NCBI GenBank assembly: GCA_023818695.1
Contig: JAMWCF010000001.1
Coordinates: forward strand, 531,306 to 595,305
Direction of reading: 5' to 3'
Length of the DNA stretch: 64,000 bases
DNA from: Candidatus Omnitrophota bacterium
GTDB taxonomy: Bacteria; Omnitrophota; Gorgyraeia; 1-14-0-20-64-10
The notes under the pieces are model-generated. The model saw nothing but the letters and a program-made list of their open reading frames with translations. It was not told the DNA's origin and did no database searches. Position numbers and translations under genes: made by a program. Positions 46,776 through 54,974 of this stretch are shown here, in pieces (positions within the stretch are counted from its first letter, which is position 1; the number at the start of each line of letters is the position of its first letter).

Positions 46776-47086
46776 CGTTTTTGAGACCCGTATCCCTTCC
46801 CCTCCAGCCGCTCGACGGCGGCCTTCAGCCGTTCCAGTTCCTTTAAGATCCGCTCATTGTCTTTGTGCAACGCTTTGAACCCGCTGGCAATCAATTCCTG
46901 CGTGTCCCACAGTTCATTCCCCTGTCGAAACCGCTCTAAATCGACCGCCTCTTCGAAGGTGCTTTCCTCATCCATCTCTCCGTATCGGTCCGTGGAGCGG
47001 TCATCATAGGCGGCCTCAACGAATCCCGCCAGAAAAAAGACAGCCATCCATGCGCCGACAACCGGCGCGACTGTTCGTGTTTTCAT
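46772..47086 (-). CDS. hypothetical small secreted protein (104 aa)
   Basis: Signal-like MKTRTVAPVVGAWMAVFFLAGFVEA, then an acidic region and a short coiled-coil-like tail (ILKELERLKAAVERLEG). 4-nt overlap with rng. No family recognised. Confidence 0.5.
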   Translation of the reverse strand: MKTRTVAPVVGAWMAVFFLAGFVEAAYDDRSTDRYGEMDEESTFEEAVDLERFRQGNELWDTQELIASGFKALHKDNERILKELERLKAAVERLEGKGYGSQKR

Positions 47087-47119
47087 GAAAATCTCCTTCC
47101 CTTCTAAAAAGGTTTCGCA

Positions 47120-48499
47120 TCAAAGCAAAAAGAGCGTCGCCAGAATCAAGTAGGTCGACGTGCTCAAGACATCGGTGATCGTCGTAATCATGGGACCGGT
47201 CGCCGTCGCCGGATCCGCCCCGAAACGCTTGAGCACAAAGGGCCCCAACGATCCCAAGGTGGCCGCCACCGTCATGGAAGTCACCATTCCGATGCTCACC
47301 ACCGCGGAAAAAATCTTTCCCTGCATATCGCCGTACAGCAGATGGGCAAACAGCCCTACCACCACCCCGTACGTCACCCCCAGCATGAGACCGACACGAC
47401 ACTCAATCAAAATCGTCTTCAACCAATCTTCCTGACGGAGTTCCCCGGTCGCCAAACCCCGGACAGCCACCGTTGCGGACTGGGCACCCACATTACCCCC
47501 CATGGCGGCTATGAGGGGAAAGAACGAGGCCAAGGCGACCACCTCCTGGAGCGTCCCCTGGAAATACTTGATCACCAAAGAAACGATGAACTGGCCCAAA
47601 ATCGCCACCGCCAGCCAGGGGAGCCGGAAGACGAAGATCCTCCTGGCGAAACGCCGTTTCAACTCTTCCGGCCGCGTCCCGGCCATCTTGGCAATATCCT
47701 CGCTGGCCTCCTGTTTGAGGATATCCAGCACGTCATCCACCAAAAGAACGCCGACCAGGCGTCCTTCCTCATCCACTACCGGAGCCGACAGGAGGTTGTA
47801 CTTCGCTACCAAACGAGCCGCCTCTTCCTGGTTCGCCGTTACCGGAACTTCAATGGCCCGCGTGGAAGAGATCAGCTCCGACACCTTGGCATCATGAGGA
47901 GCCGCCACGAGGTTTTGCAGAGGCACAAACCCCAGCAGATGGCCGCTGCCATTGGTGACATAGAGAGTGGAAAGGAGCTGATCCTCGTGGACATGGCTGC
48001 GGCTGACCGTCCGAACAATCTCCAGCGCTTGGGAAGCGGTCATCGATTCCTTCAGGCGGGCCACACCGGTGTGCATCAGGGCCCCGGCTGTCTTAGGCGG
48101 ATAGGAAGCGACCTTTTCCAGCCGCTCGATCGCCTCCTGTTTCTTCACCAGGTTGGTCAGGCGACGGGTCACCCGGGGAGGGAGTTTCCGGAAAAGGTGG
48201 GCGACTTCCCCCGGGGGTAGCTCGCTCATCATCTGGTTCGTTCCCTGGTCTCCCAGGGCGTTCAGCAGGGCCGTCTGCTCTTCGACCTCCAGCTCTTCAA
48301 AAACGACGACGGCCCGTCTCATTGGCAGGACCTGAAAGAGGGCGAGCTGCTCCTCGCGGGAAAACTCCTTCCATCCTTCGGCAAGGTCGACCGGATTTAT
48401 CTCCCTCAAAAAACTCTTAAGGGTCGTCAAATCCTTGGCTTGAAGAAGTTGCTTGATCTCCGGTACAAAAAGGGCATACGTCTTTACCGTCTTGGTCAT
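47120..48499 (-). CDS. mgtE: magnesium transporter MgtE
   Basis: MgtE_N helical domain, a CBS pair (TASQALEIVR...LYVTNGSGHLLGFV; ANQEEAARLVAKYNLLSAPVVDEEGRLVGVL), and a 5-TM domain ending GADPATATGPMITTITDVLS. Confidence 0.92.
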   Translation of the reverse strand: MTKTVKTYALFVPEIKQLLQAKDLTTLKSFLREINPVDLAEGWKEFSREEQLALFQVLPMRRAVVVFEELEVEEQTALLNALGDQGTNQMMSELPPGEVAHLFRKLPPRVTRRLTNLVKKQEAIERLEKVASYPPKTAGALMHTGVARLKESMTASQALEIVRTVSRSHVHEDQLLSTLYVTNGSGHLLGFVPLQNLVAAPHDAKVSELISSTRAIEVPVTANQEEAARLVAKYNLLSAPVVDEEGRLVGVLLVDDVLDILKQEASEDIAKMAGTRPEELKRRFARRIFVFRLPWLAVAILGQFIVSLVIKYFQGTLQEVVALASFFPLIAAMGGNVGAQSATVAVRGLATGELRQEDWLKTILIECRVGLMLGVTYGVVVGLFAHLLYGDMQGKIFSAVVSIGMVTSMTVAATLGSLGPFVLKRFGADPATATGPMITTITDVLSTSTYLILATLFLL

Positions 48500-48528
48500 T
48501 GACTCGGCAAGGAACGGCCAGGTTCACG

Positions 48529-50337
48529 CTAGGGCTTCTGGTACAAAACCCCTTTGTTTCCTTCCGTCGGTGTGGACGTTACCGGCACAGCGCTGGATGA
48601 AGCGAGGGCTTCCTGGCCGTTCTTCTTGATCTGCTCGCTCAAGAACTTCTGGTACTGTTCCTCCAGCTTTTGCATCTCTTCCGGAGAAATCATCCCTGGC
48701 TCGAGAACTCGTGCCGTCATGAAGATTAACAGGTCAATTTTAGCCACATCTTCCGTCGAGCGGGCGAACAACGGCCCGAACACCGGAAGCTTCCCCAGGA
48801 AGGGGAGTCCAATCCTGGATTTTATCTTCGCATCCTTCAGCAATCCGCCGATGACGATCGTGTCCCCCTTCTCAACGACGACCTGCGTTTCGGTTTCGCG
48901 GGTGTTGATGATCGGATAGGCGTTTGTGCCCACCGTCCCGACCCGAGCGGAAACAACAGGATGAATCAGCATGGAAATATGGTCGTCGCCAGCGACCGAT
49001 GGGACCACGTAAAGTTCGATCCCGATATTCTGGTAATAATCCAAGGTGGTTGTGGTAGTGGTCGTGGTCGTACCGGCAACTTCCGTTTTGAGGATTGGGT
49101 ATTTCTCTCCCACCAGAATCCTAGCCTCCTGCCCAGAGAGGGTGACGACGTTGGGAGAAGACAGTGTGTTCGTCCGAACATCCTCCTCCAGAAGTTCGAG
49201 CAGGGCGGCAAACTGCGTCCCCCTCATCTTCTGAAAAAAGAACTGCGCGCCAGCCGCAGCGGCGGTCAAACCGGTTGTTGACGGCTGAAAAGCGGAGGGC
49301 GTGAAGGAAGACTGCAGGAGCCCGCCGGCGAATTCGGTCAAGCTCGCTCCGCTCTGCTTGGAACCGGCCTGGTTCGCCACCGACAAGCTGGTAGATCCCG
49401 CCGTCGCCCCCGTGACAGCCCCCAGATTGATGTCTCGCAGCAAATCCCGCGCCACTTCCATCGCCTTGGCCTCGATCAGAATCTGCTGCGGCAGCACGTC
49501 CACCTTGGCTAGAACCTTCTCCAGCCGTTCAATGGTCGTCGGCGTGTCGGTGATCACAATCGCTTTGGACCGGGCCGATTCCCTCTGAATCCTCTTGCGC
49601 TGCTTCTCGTCGGTCGCCTTGCCGTACTTCGCGGTCCCGAAGGCCCACCCTTTCTGGCCGGTCATCTCCAGGATCGAAATCCGACCGCGGGGACTCAACT
49701 GAGGCTCCAGAAAATCTTCAGCATCCGCCGCGTCAAGAAACCTAAGCTGGATCACCTTGGTGATGACCGGCTCGATCTCCACCAGCTCCTTCATGGCCTC
49801 CCGGCGCGCCTTGATCTCCTCCAGCGTCCCCACCATGATGACGTTGCCGTCCTTCTCATAGGCGAAACCGTAGGTCTTGGTGATGGTGTTGAGCGCCTGG
49901 TCGAGGGTGACATCCTTCAGCCGAACGTTGATGTTGCCGATCACCTCCTGGGACGTCACGATGTTGATGCCCGCCTTCTGCGCGAGGGCCTGCAGAACAA
50001 CCTGGATGTCCGCCTCCTTGAAGTCAAGGGAGATCAGCTGCTCGTCGGCGGCATCGGAAAGGTGCTTTTCCGGATAGCGCTGCCGATGTTCAAACACCAT
50101 GGCCTTGCGTTGTTCCTTCAGTATCCTCTTCTGCTCCTTCGCAAGTTCTTCATCGGAGGAGGTCGATGTGGAGGGAACTCCTTCCACGATCCCCTGCATC
50201 TGCGATTTCAACCACTCCTCCTGATCCCCGGAGTCGTCCTGGGCGTAAACTGGCCGGTCCGGACACGCCACCGTCAAACCGCACAATACCGATACGGCAC
50301 ACAAAAGCGTTTGAAAGCGATGAAAGGTCAAGCGCAT
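48529..50337 (-). CDS. pilQ: type IV pilus secretin PilQ (T2SS/T4P secretin family)
   Basis: Signal peptide and N-domains (ADIQVVLQALAQKAGINIV...VRLKDVTLDQALNTI). Secretin core (VVTLSGQEARILVGEKYP...INTRETETQVVVEKGDTIVIGGLL...GLPFLGKLPVFGPLF...LLIFMTARVL). Contains a T9 poly-Thr linker. Confidence 0.9.
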   Translation of the reverse strand: MRLTFHRFQTLLCAVSVLCGLTVACPDRPVYAQDDSGDQEEWLKSQMQGIVEGVPSTSTSSDEELAKEQKRILKEQRKAMVFEHRQRYPEKHLSDAADEQLISLDFKEADIQVVLQALAQKAGINIVTSQEVIGNINVRLKDVTLDQALNTITKTYGFAYEKDGNVIMVGTLEEIKARREAMKELVEIEPVITKVIQLRFLDAADAEDFLEPQLSPRGRISILEMTGQKGWAFGTAKYGKATDEKQRKRIQRESARSKAIVITDTPTTIERLEKVLAKVDVLPQQILIEAKAMEVARDLLRDINLGAVTGATAGSTSLSVANQAGSKQSGASLTEFAGGLLQSSFTPSAFQPSTTGLTAAAAGAQFFFQKMRGTQFAALLELLEEDVRTNTLSSPNVVTLSGQEARILVGEKYPILKTEVAGTTTTTTTTTLDYYQNIGIELYVVPSVAGDDHISMLIHPVVSARVGTVGTNAYPIINTRETETQVVVEKGDTIVIGGLLKDAKIKSRIGLPFLGKLPVFGPLFARSTEDVAKIDLLIFMTARVLEPGMISPEEMQKLEEQYQKFLSEQIKKNGQEALASSSAVPVTSTPTEGNKGVLYQKP

Positions 50338-50339
50338 GG

Positions 50340-50732
50340 CTACTCCTCTGTCTCCTCCTCTATTTCCGGGTTAAGAGCCAGCTGGCTGATTTGCCCGTTC
50401 ACCATCAGGGTGACTATATCCGGTTCTATCTTGAGAACCTTGATCCCATCGAATTCTTCCTGCTCTTTCAGCACCTCCCCATTGATGACGGCAAAGGATT
50501 CCGAGGCGGGATCAAAAAGAATCCCCTGAAGAACCAGGTCAGTGGTTGTCGTAGGCACAAAATCCTCCTCATCCAAACCGGGCGGGAAAATCCTCTGTCC
50601 ATCGGCCGTTATCAACTGCACAAAAGGATCCCTTTTGCCTTTCGGATCGTATGATGCCCATACGGACCCTTGGATAAACAGGGGTAGCACCACCGCCGCC
50701 GTCAGCACCGTCTTCAGAACCGATCCGCTCAT
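50340..50732 (-). CDS. pilP: PilP-like pilus assembly protein
   Basis: Signal-like N-terminus, a KGKRDPF motif, and a small beta-domain (LVLQGILFDPASESFAVINGEVLKEQEEFDGIKVLKIEPDIVTLMVNG). Located between pilO and pilQ. Confidence 0.7.
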   Translation of the reverse strand: MSGSVLKTVLTAAVVLPLFIQGSVWASYDPKGKRDPFVQLITADGQRIFPPGLDEEDFVPTTTTDLVLQGILFDPASESFAVINGEVLKEQEEFDGIKVLKIEPDIVTLMVNGQISQLALNPEIEEETEE

Positions 50733-51322
50733 GATTTCGCCCCTTCCCTTGCGGGAAAAAGGTAAGCCACGAACACGAACAGGGCCTTGTGATTCCAGAT
50801 GTCCTCGGGATTGGCCTGAATCGTCAACTCCTGAACGCCGACCAGCACCTTGGATTCCTCCACCGCGCTCAAGAACCGCCCCAGATGATGGTACCCTCCC
50901 AACGCATCCACCTGAATCGGCAGCTCCAGAAACCCCGAAGCGCTCGGGGTGAGGTGGCTAACCTCCTCTTTCGGTTTGATCCCGATGAGCCGGACGCCGG
51001 ACACCCTGGCGGCCGCGGCGATGGCATCCAGAACCTCCGGCAGCTGTTCCTCCGGAAGAGTAGCTGTTATGGCGACATCGTACTGGGCCGCCAACCGCTC
51101 CAGTTCCGATCGCATGGAATCAATACGAGCCGATTTTTCCTTGATCCGTGCCACATCTTTCTGCAGCGTGGAGAGCTGCAATTTGGCGTCCATCAAAGTT
51201 GCCCGAGAGGGGATTAAAAACAGCTGCCACCACGTAAAAACACCCACAACGGTGAAAACCCCAGCCAGAATCGGTTTAAGATCCTTCTGATTTTTCAGGA
51301 AAGGTATGTTAGGCGCAACCAT
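50729..51322 (-). CDS. pilO: PilO-like pilus assembly protein
   Basis: One TM helix, a coiled coil (LQLSTLQKDVARIKEKSARIDSMRSELERL), and a ferredoxin-like tail (LELPIQVDALGGYHHLGRFLSAVEES). Position fits pilO. Confidence 0.75.
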   Translation of the reverse strand: MVAPNIPFLKNQKDLKPILAGVFTVVGVFTWWQLFLIPSRATLMDAKLQLSTLQKDVARIKEKSARIDSMRSELERLAAQYDVAITATLPEEQLPEVLDAIAAAARVSGVRLIGIKPKEEVSHLTPSASGFLELPIQVDALGGYHHLGRFLSAVEESKVLVGVQELTIQANPEDIWNHKALFVFVAYLFPAREGAKS

Positions 51323-51327
51323 CTCTT

Positions 51328-52083
51328 TTATTTCCTTGGGTAAAGGATGATGACAAAATCGGAGACTTCCTCTTTTTGGAGCTGTTTATGCTGGATGTTT
51401 TCCAGCTTGACCCCCATGAAATACTCGGAGAAATTCGGATGCTGCTTCAAACGCTGAAGATAGCGGTTGACCGAGGTCCCCTCCCCCTGTCCGCCGACAA
51501 AAGCCGACCCTTTCAATACAACCCCGGGGGGTGGGGCAACCTGCTTCTCCTTTTTTGAACCTCTGCGGGATTTCTTTTCCCTGGGAGCATTCCCCGTCTT
51601 GTTTTCTTCCTTCTTCGTCTCCTCTTTCTGCGGCGCCGTTTCGTTTTTCGCTTCTTTTTTCCGGACCTTCACCTTTTTTTTCGCTGAACCAGCCGTCCCT
51701 CCATCGACGGAGCTGATGGGCCTGTAATCCAGAGAGGTAAACCACAAACGGGCGACGATCGCGTCGGAAAGGATGTTCAACCGGGGTGCCCATTGCGACT
51801 TTGGATTTTTCAGGGTCTTCGTCAGTTCGGCCCGGTTCTGAAAAGCCCTCAAGGAGGCCTCCAGGTTTTCGACTTCGGTTCTCTGGGGCTTCATCTCCGT
51901 CCATTGCGTCCTCAAGCGATGCAGCCGGACGTTATAAAACCGGCTGGAGAGGAAAATCCATGCGGAGTAGACGGCGATCAGGGCGAAAAAGCAAGCGCCT
52001 GTTTTCTTCCAGGGGAAGACGAACTGGAGTGAAACCCTGGATTTTTTCCGCGCATGGGGCGGAAGCAGGTTGACCCGAATCAC
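51328..52083 (-). CDS. pilN: PilN-like pilus assembly protein with Lys/Glu-rich insertion
   Basis: GTG start overlapping the pilM stop (GTGA). N-terminal IRVNLLP PilM-binding motif, a TM helix, a coiled coil, then a ~60-aa insert (SAKKKVKVRKKEAKNETAPQKEETKKEENKTGNAPREKKSRRGSKKEKQ). Confidence 0.8.
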   Translation of the reverse strand: MIRVNLLPPHARKKSRVSLQFVFPWKKTGACFFALIAVYSAWIFLSSRFYNVRLHRLRTQWTEMKPQRTEVENLEASLRAFQNRAELTKTLKNPKSQWAPRLNILSDAIVARLWFTSLDYRPISSVDGGTAGSAKKKVKVRKKEAKNETAPQKEETKKEENKTGNAPREKKSRRGSKKEKQVAPPPGVVLKGSAFVGGQGEGTSVNRYLQRLKQHPNFSEYFMGVKLENIQHKQLQKEEVSDFVIILYPRK

Positions 52084-53150
52084 GGACCCATTCCCCGAAG
52101 AGCCAACCCGATGGCCACGGCAAAGGTTGGACCGAGCATTCCAAGCTCTTTGGAAACCCCTTCCAGAGACAGGTCCACCGCCGGATTCCATTCATCGGTC
52201 GGTAAACCCATCGATTGAAGAATCTTCTCTTTGAAACCTGCCAACCCGGCGGACCCGCCGCTGATCATCAGCTGTTCGACCTTGTGGCCGAATTGGTTCT
52301 CGAAGAAATCGAAGGAAACCCGCCCTTGAGACAACAGATCATCCCATACCGGTTCCAAGGTTGAACGGACCTGGGCCAGCTGTTTTCCTGGCTCACATTT
52401 TATCTTTTCCGCTTCCGCAGGATCAAGGGAAAGCCCCTCCGCGACAGCCCGCGTAAAGGCGTCGCCACCGATCGGGATTTCTCTGGTGAACTGGAGATTC
52501 TTGCCATGGAAAAAATTCAGGAGGGACCCCCGGACGCCGACATGGATCAGCACTACAACCTTCTCGGCCAGTCTTCTGGCCGACTCGCTCCTCTCCCAGG
52601 CGTTGGCGAGAGCTAGCGCCTCCAGGTCCACCACATCAGGGGTGATCTCGGCCGAGGCCAATGTCTGTAGATGGCTTTCGACAACCTCCTTGCGGGCGGC
52701 GGCTAAAAGGATCTCCATTCTCCCCCCCGTCCGTTTGCCGATTTTATACGAATCGAAGTAGGTTTCATCCAATTTAAACGGGATGTATTTCTCCGCTTCG
52801 AAGGAGAGGGCCGCTTTCAGTTCCTGGTCCGACATCTCGGGCAGTAAAACCGACCTCAAAACCGTCCCCGGTCCTCCTATTCCCGTGACGATGAGGGCGT
52901 CCTTCTGCCCGAGGCCGTTCAGGGCCGAGCGAATGAAATTTGACTTGAGGGTTTTACTCTCCGGGGGAATCGGTTCAAAGGCCCATCGCAGAAGCTCGAC
53001 CTTCCCCTGGGAAACGGTGAGAAGGACCCCCTTAATGGAGCCGGAACCGACGTCGAGTCCAATACAGCTGGCTGACCGGCTGGGCAATCTCGCGACAGCC
53101 GACAGGCGGGCCGTCAGCGTATGAAACCGTTCGAATAGTGTGGTAGCCAC
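52080..53150 (-). CDS. pilM: type IV pilus assembly ATPase-fold protein PilM
   Basis: Actin-like fold motifs CIGLDVGSGSIKGVLL, VLIHVGVRGSLLNF, and LMISGGSAGLAGF. GTG start at 53150; a TTG about 60 nt downstream is an alternative. Confidence 0.88.
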   Translation of the reverse strand: MATTLFERFHTLTARLSAVARLPSRSASCIGLDVGSGSIKGVLLTVSQGKVELLRWAFEPIPPESKTLKSNFIRSALNGLGQKDALIVTGIGGPGTVLRSVLLPEMSDQELKAALSFEAEKYIPFKLDETYFDSYKIGKRTGGRMEILLAAARKEVVESHLQTLASAEITPDVVDLEALALANAWERSESARRLAEKVVVLIHVGVRGSLLNFFHGKNLQFTREIPIGGDAFTRAVAEGLSLDPAEAEKIKCEPGKQLAQVRSTLEPVWDDLLSQGRVSFDFFENQFGHKVEQLMISGGSAGLAGFKEKILQSMGLPTDEWNPAVDLSLEGVSKELGMLGPTFAVAIGLALRGMGP

Positions 53151-53159
53151 TCTGGGTGG

Positions 53160-53188
53160 ATTTTACCGCACAATGGCCTTTCCACCAA
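53160..53188 (-). promoter_or_regulatory. weak candidate promoter of pilMNOPQ, with the -10 hexamer 9 nt from the GTG
   Basis: Minus strand TTGGTG (53188..53183), 17 nt, TAAAAT (53165..53160), ccacccaga, GTG (53150). Confidence 0.3.
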
Positions 53189-53231
53189 ACAGAATTCGGC
53201 AGGGCTCTATATCGAGGAAGGGAAAACAGGC

Positions 53232-53633
53232 CTAATAAGCCACAATCCCCTGTCGTTTCATCTCTTCAACCTCTTCCCGGGAGGGGGTGATCGAACCCTG
53301 CTCAAAAACGGGCTGTTCAGCAGGTGAAGGTTGCTGGACTTTTTTTAACTGCTTTCTTGAAACGCCCGGATCGGGCTGCGTATAGGGTGGCAAATCCGGC
53401 GGAGGGGCCGCTTCGCCTGGTTTGAGCACCCGACCCAGCGTTTCTGGTCTTGGCAACTGAATCTTGCCGCTTTTCTTGGTAAAGTGGACGCTCTCCTTCT
53501 CTCCCGTCGGGGCGGGAGAAGAAGATCTGAAACCGGACAGGGACTGTCCCCACCACATCATGCCGAAAACGAGCGGCATGCTCAATCCAAAAATGGCTGC
53601 AAGAATAAAAACTGTTCGCTTGGCGTTGTTCAT
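53232..53633 (-). CDS. hypothetical single-pass membrane protein, Pro-rich (133 aa)
   Basis: TM helix TVFILAAIFGLSMPLVFGMMWW, then a Pro/Lys/Gln-rich region. Sits between the GspK-like genes and pilM. No family recognised. Confidence 0.5.
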   Translation of the reverse strand: MNNAKRTVFILAAIFGLSMPLVFGMMWWGQSLSGFRSSSPAPTGEKESVHFTKKSGKIQLPRPETLGRVLKPGEAAPPPDLPPYTQPDPGVSRKQLKKVQQPSPAEQPVFEQGSITPSREEVEEMKRQGIVAY

Positions 53634-53651
53634 CGGTTTTTCTCTTTCCTG

Positions 53652-54950
53652 TTATTTGGATGCATCTTCCCATCCTAGTGTGTTGTAGTTACCAGTCAAA
53701 GGGAAATAGGGCGGAATCATGTTCCTCAACCGCTCATCGTAGTGGTACGACTTCGTGTAGCCGGAAGCCATGGTTCCAGTGCTGGAATAAAAGGTCCCCA
53801 CCGGTCCTCGGCGAGCCTGGTTGATCCCCCCATAAACCGTCAGCGTCCCCTTGGCCGGTCCGACCCAGTAATTCTCAACGGTGAAAGAGCTGGAAAGAGC
53901 CATGATGGAAGCATCAATCGTGACGTTGGTGGGGGCGGCAGAGGAGACTTTCACGTTCCCACCCGCCAGGATCCCCAGCAAATCCTCCGACTCGGGGTTC
54001 GTCTCCGGATCATCCGCGTAGGTAACCGAATTGGTGATCTCGATGTCGCCGCTGGCAGCAACCGTCAACTGGCCGTGCAGCGTACCCGAGAGGTACATGT
54101 CACCGTTGACATAGAGAACCCCGTTGTCGGGAATCGGTCTGGTTTCCACGGTTCCCGTGGAGGTCGTGATCTGGAGGGTCCCGTCGGAAACCAGGGTCAC
54201 CGTGGTAGTTCCGGTATAGGCCGCCGAAGAAGCGGTCGCTGCCTCCAGCACGTTGGAAGGGATACTGGAAGGGTACTCCCTCTCCTCGGCCCCCAACTCC
54301 AGCCCTTCGTTGAAGTTTGGGTTGTTTCCTCCGCTGGGAGCGGGATTGTAATAATTGATTGAGTCGGAAACACTGCTGACTAACCCATCGAAGGTGGGAC
54401 TGCCATACATGCTGAATTGGCCGTTGGTGTGGGTAGGACCTTCGATATGGTCCCCTGTCCTGAACCAGACGGTGCTTCCGCTGGTCGATATCTCGTTGTC
54501 GCTCAAGTAGGCGTAGCGCGCGAAGCTCTCAATCTGGACCACGAGGTTGGCCTGCCGGGCCGCCTGGTAATTGTCCCCCACGGCCAATCCCTGAATCGTG
54601 TACCGTTTGATATAGGAGTTCGGGTTGTTGTCATCGGGATCGACGATCGCCATGTAATACCCCCCTCCCAAAGTTTCCTGCCAGCCGTCGTTGAGAACGA
54701 GCGCCTCCGTCCCTCCCGGCGGCCCGGCTTGCTCCCGCAACCAGGTGTACCCTTCATCAATGGCCGCCTCCGCCAGGTAGAAAGCCTGGGCGGCATCCTG
54801 TGATCTCTGGGCCAGGCGGACATCCGTCAGGGAGTAAGTCATCAGGGACCCGCCGAGGATGAGAAAAATCGGGAGGAGCATGTAGATCGTGATGAGGACA
54901 AAACCTCTCTCTTTCCAGCCCACGTCTGGCTTTCTGTTTTTCGTCTTCAC
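53652..54950 (-). CDS. PilX_N/GspK-like large non-E5 pilus protein, copy 1
   Basis: GTG 54950 lies 6 nt after SD AAGGAG. N-terminus KERG|FVLITIYMLLPIFLILGGSL has Thr, not Glu, at +5. It is followed by QAFYLAEAAIDEG (PilX_N-like) and a long repetitive beta-strand region. C-terminal motif YDERLRNMIPPYFPLTG. Confidence 0.8.
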   Translation of the reverse strand: MKTKNRKPDVGWKERGFVLITIYMLLPIFLILGGSLMTYSLTDVRLAQRSQDAAQAFYLAEAAIDEGYTWLREQAGPPGGTEALVLNDGWQETLGGGYYMAIVDPDDNNPNSYIKRYTIQGLAVGDNYQAARQANLVVQIESFARYAYLSDNEISTSGSTVWFRTGDHIEGPTHTNGQFSMYGSPTFDGLVSSVSDSINYYNPAPSGGNNPNFNEGLELGAEEREYPSSIPSNVLEAATASSAAYTGTTTVTLVSDGTLQITTSTGTVETRPIPDNGVLYVNGDMYLSGTLHGQLTVAASGDIEITNSVTYADDPETNPESEDLLGILAGGNVKVSSAAPTNVTIDASIMALSSSFTVENYWVGPAKGTLTVYGGINQARRGPVGTFYSSTGTMASGYTKSYHYDERLRNMIPPYFPLTGNYNTLGWEDASK

Positions 54951-54974
54951 TGCCACCTCCTTCTTTTCGAGTCT

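Noticed and set aside
48500-48528. Mg2+-sensing (M-box) riboswitch upstream of mgtE, or leaders upstream of the mgtC and CNNM genes
   Set aside because: Only 29 nt separate mgtE from pilQ. The mgtC and CNNM genes abut or overlap their upstream neighbours, so there is no room for a ~170-nt riboswitch.
49046-49080. Poly-Thr (T9) tract in the secretin, considered as a slippage-prone repeat
   Set aside because: The nine Thr codons are heterogeneous (acc/aca/act/acg mix), so there is no DNA-level simple repeat. It is more likely a flexible linker. The A7-A8 lysine-codon homopolymers (24883-24890, 63841-63847) are likewise too short and too few to call phase variation.
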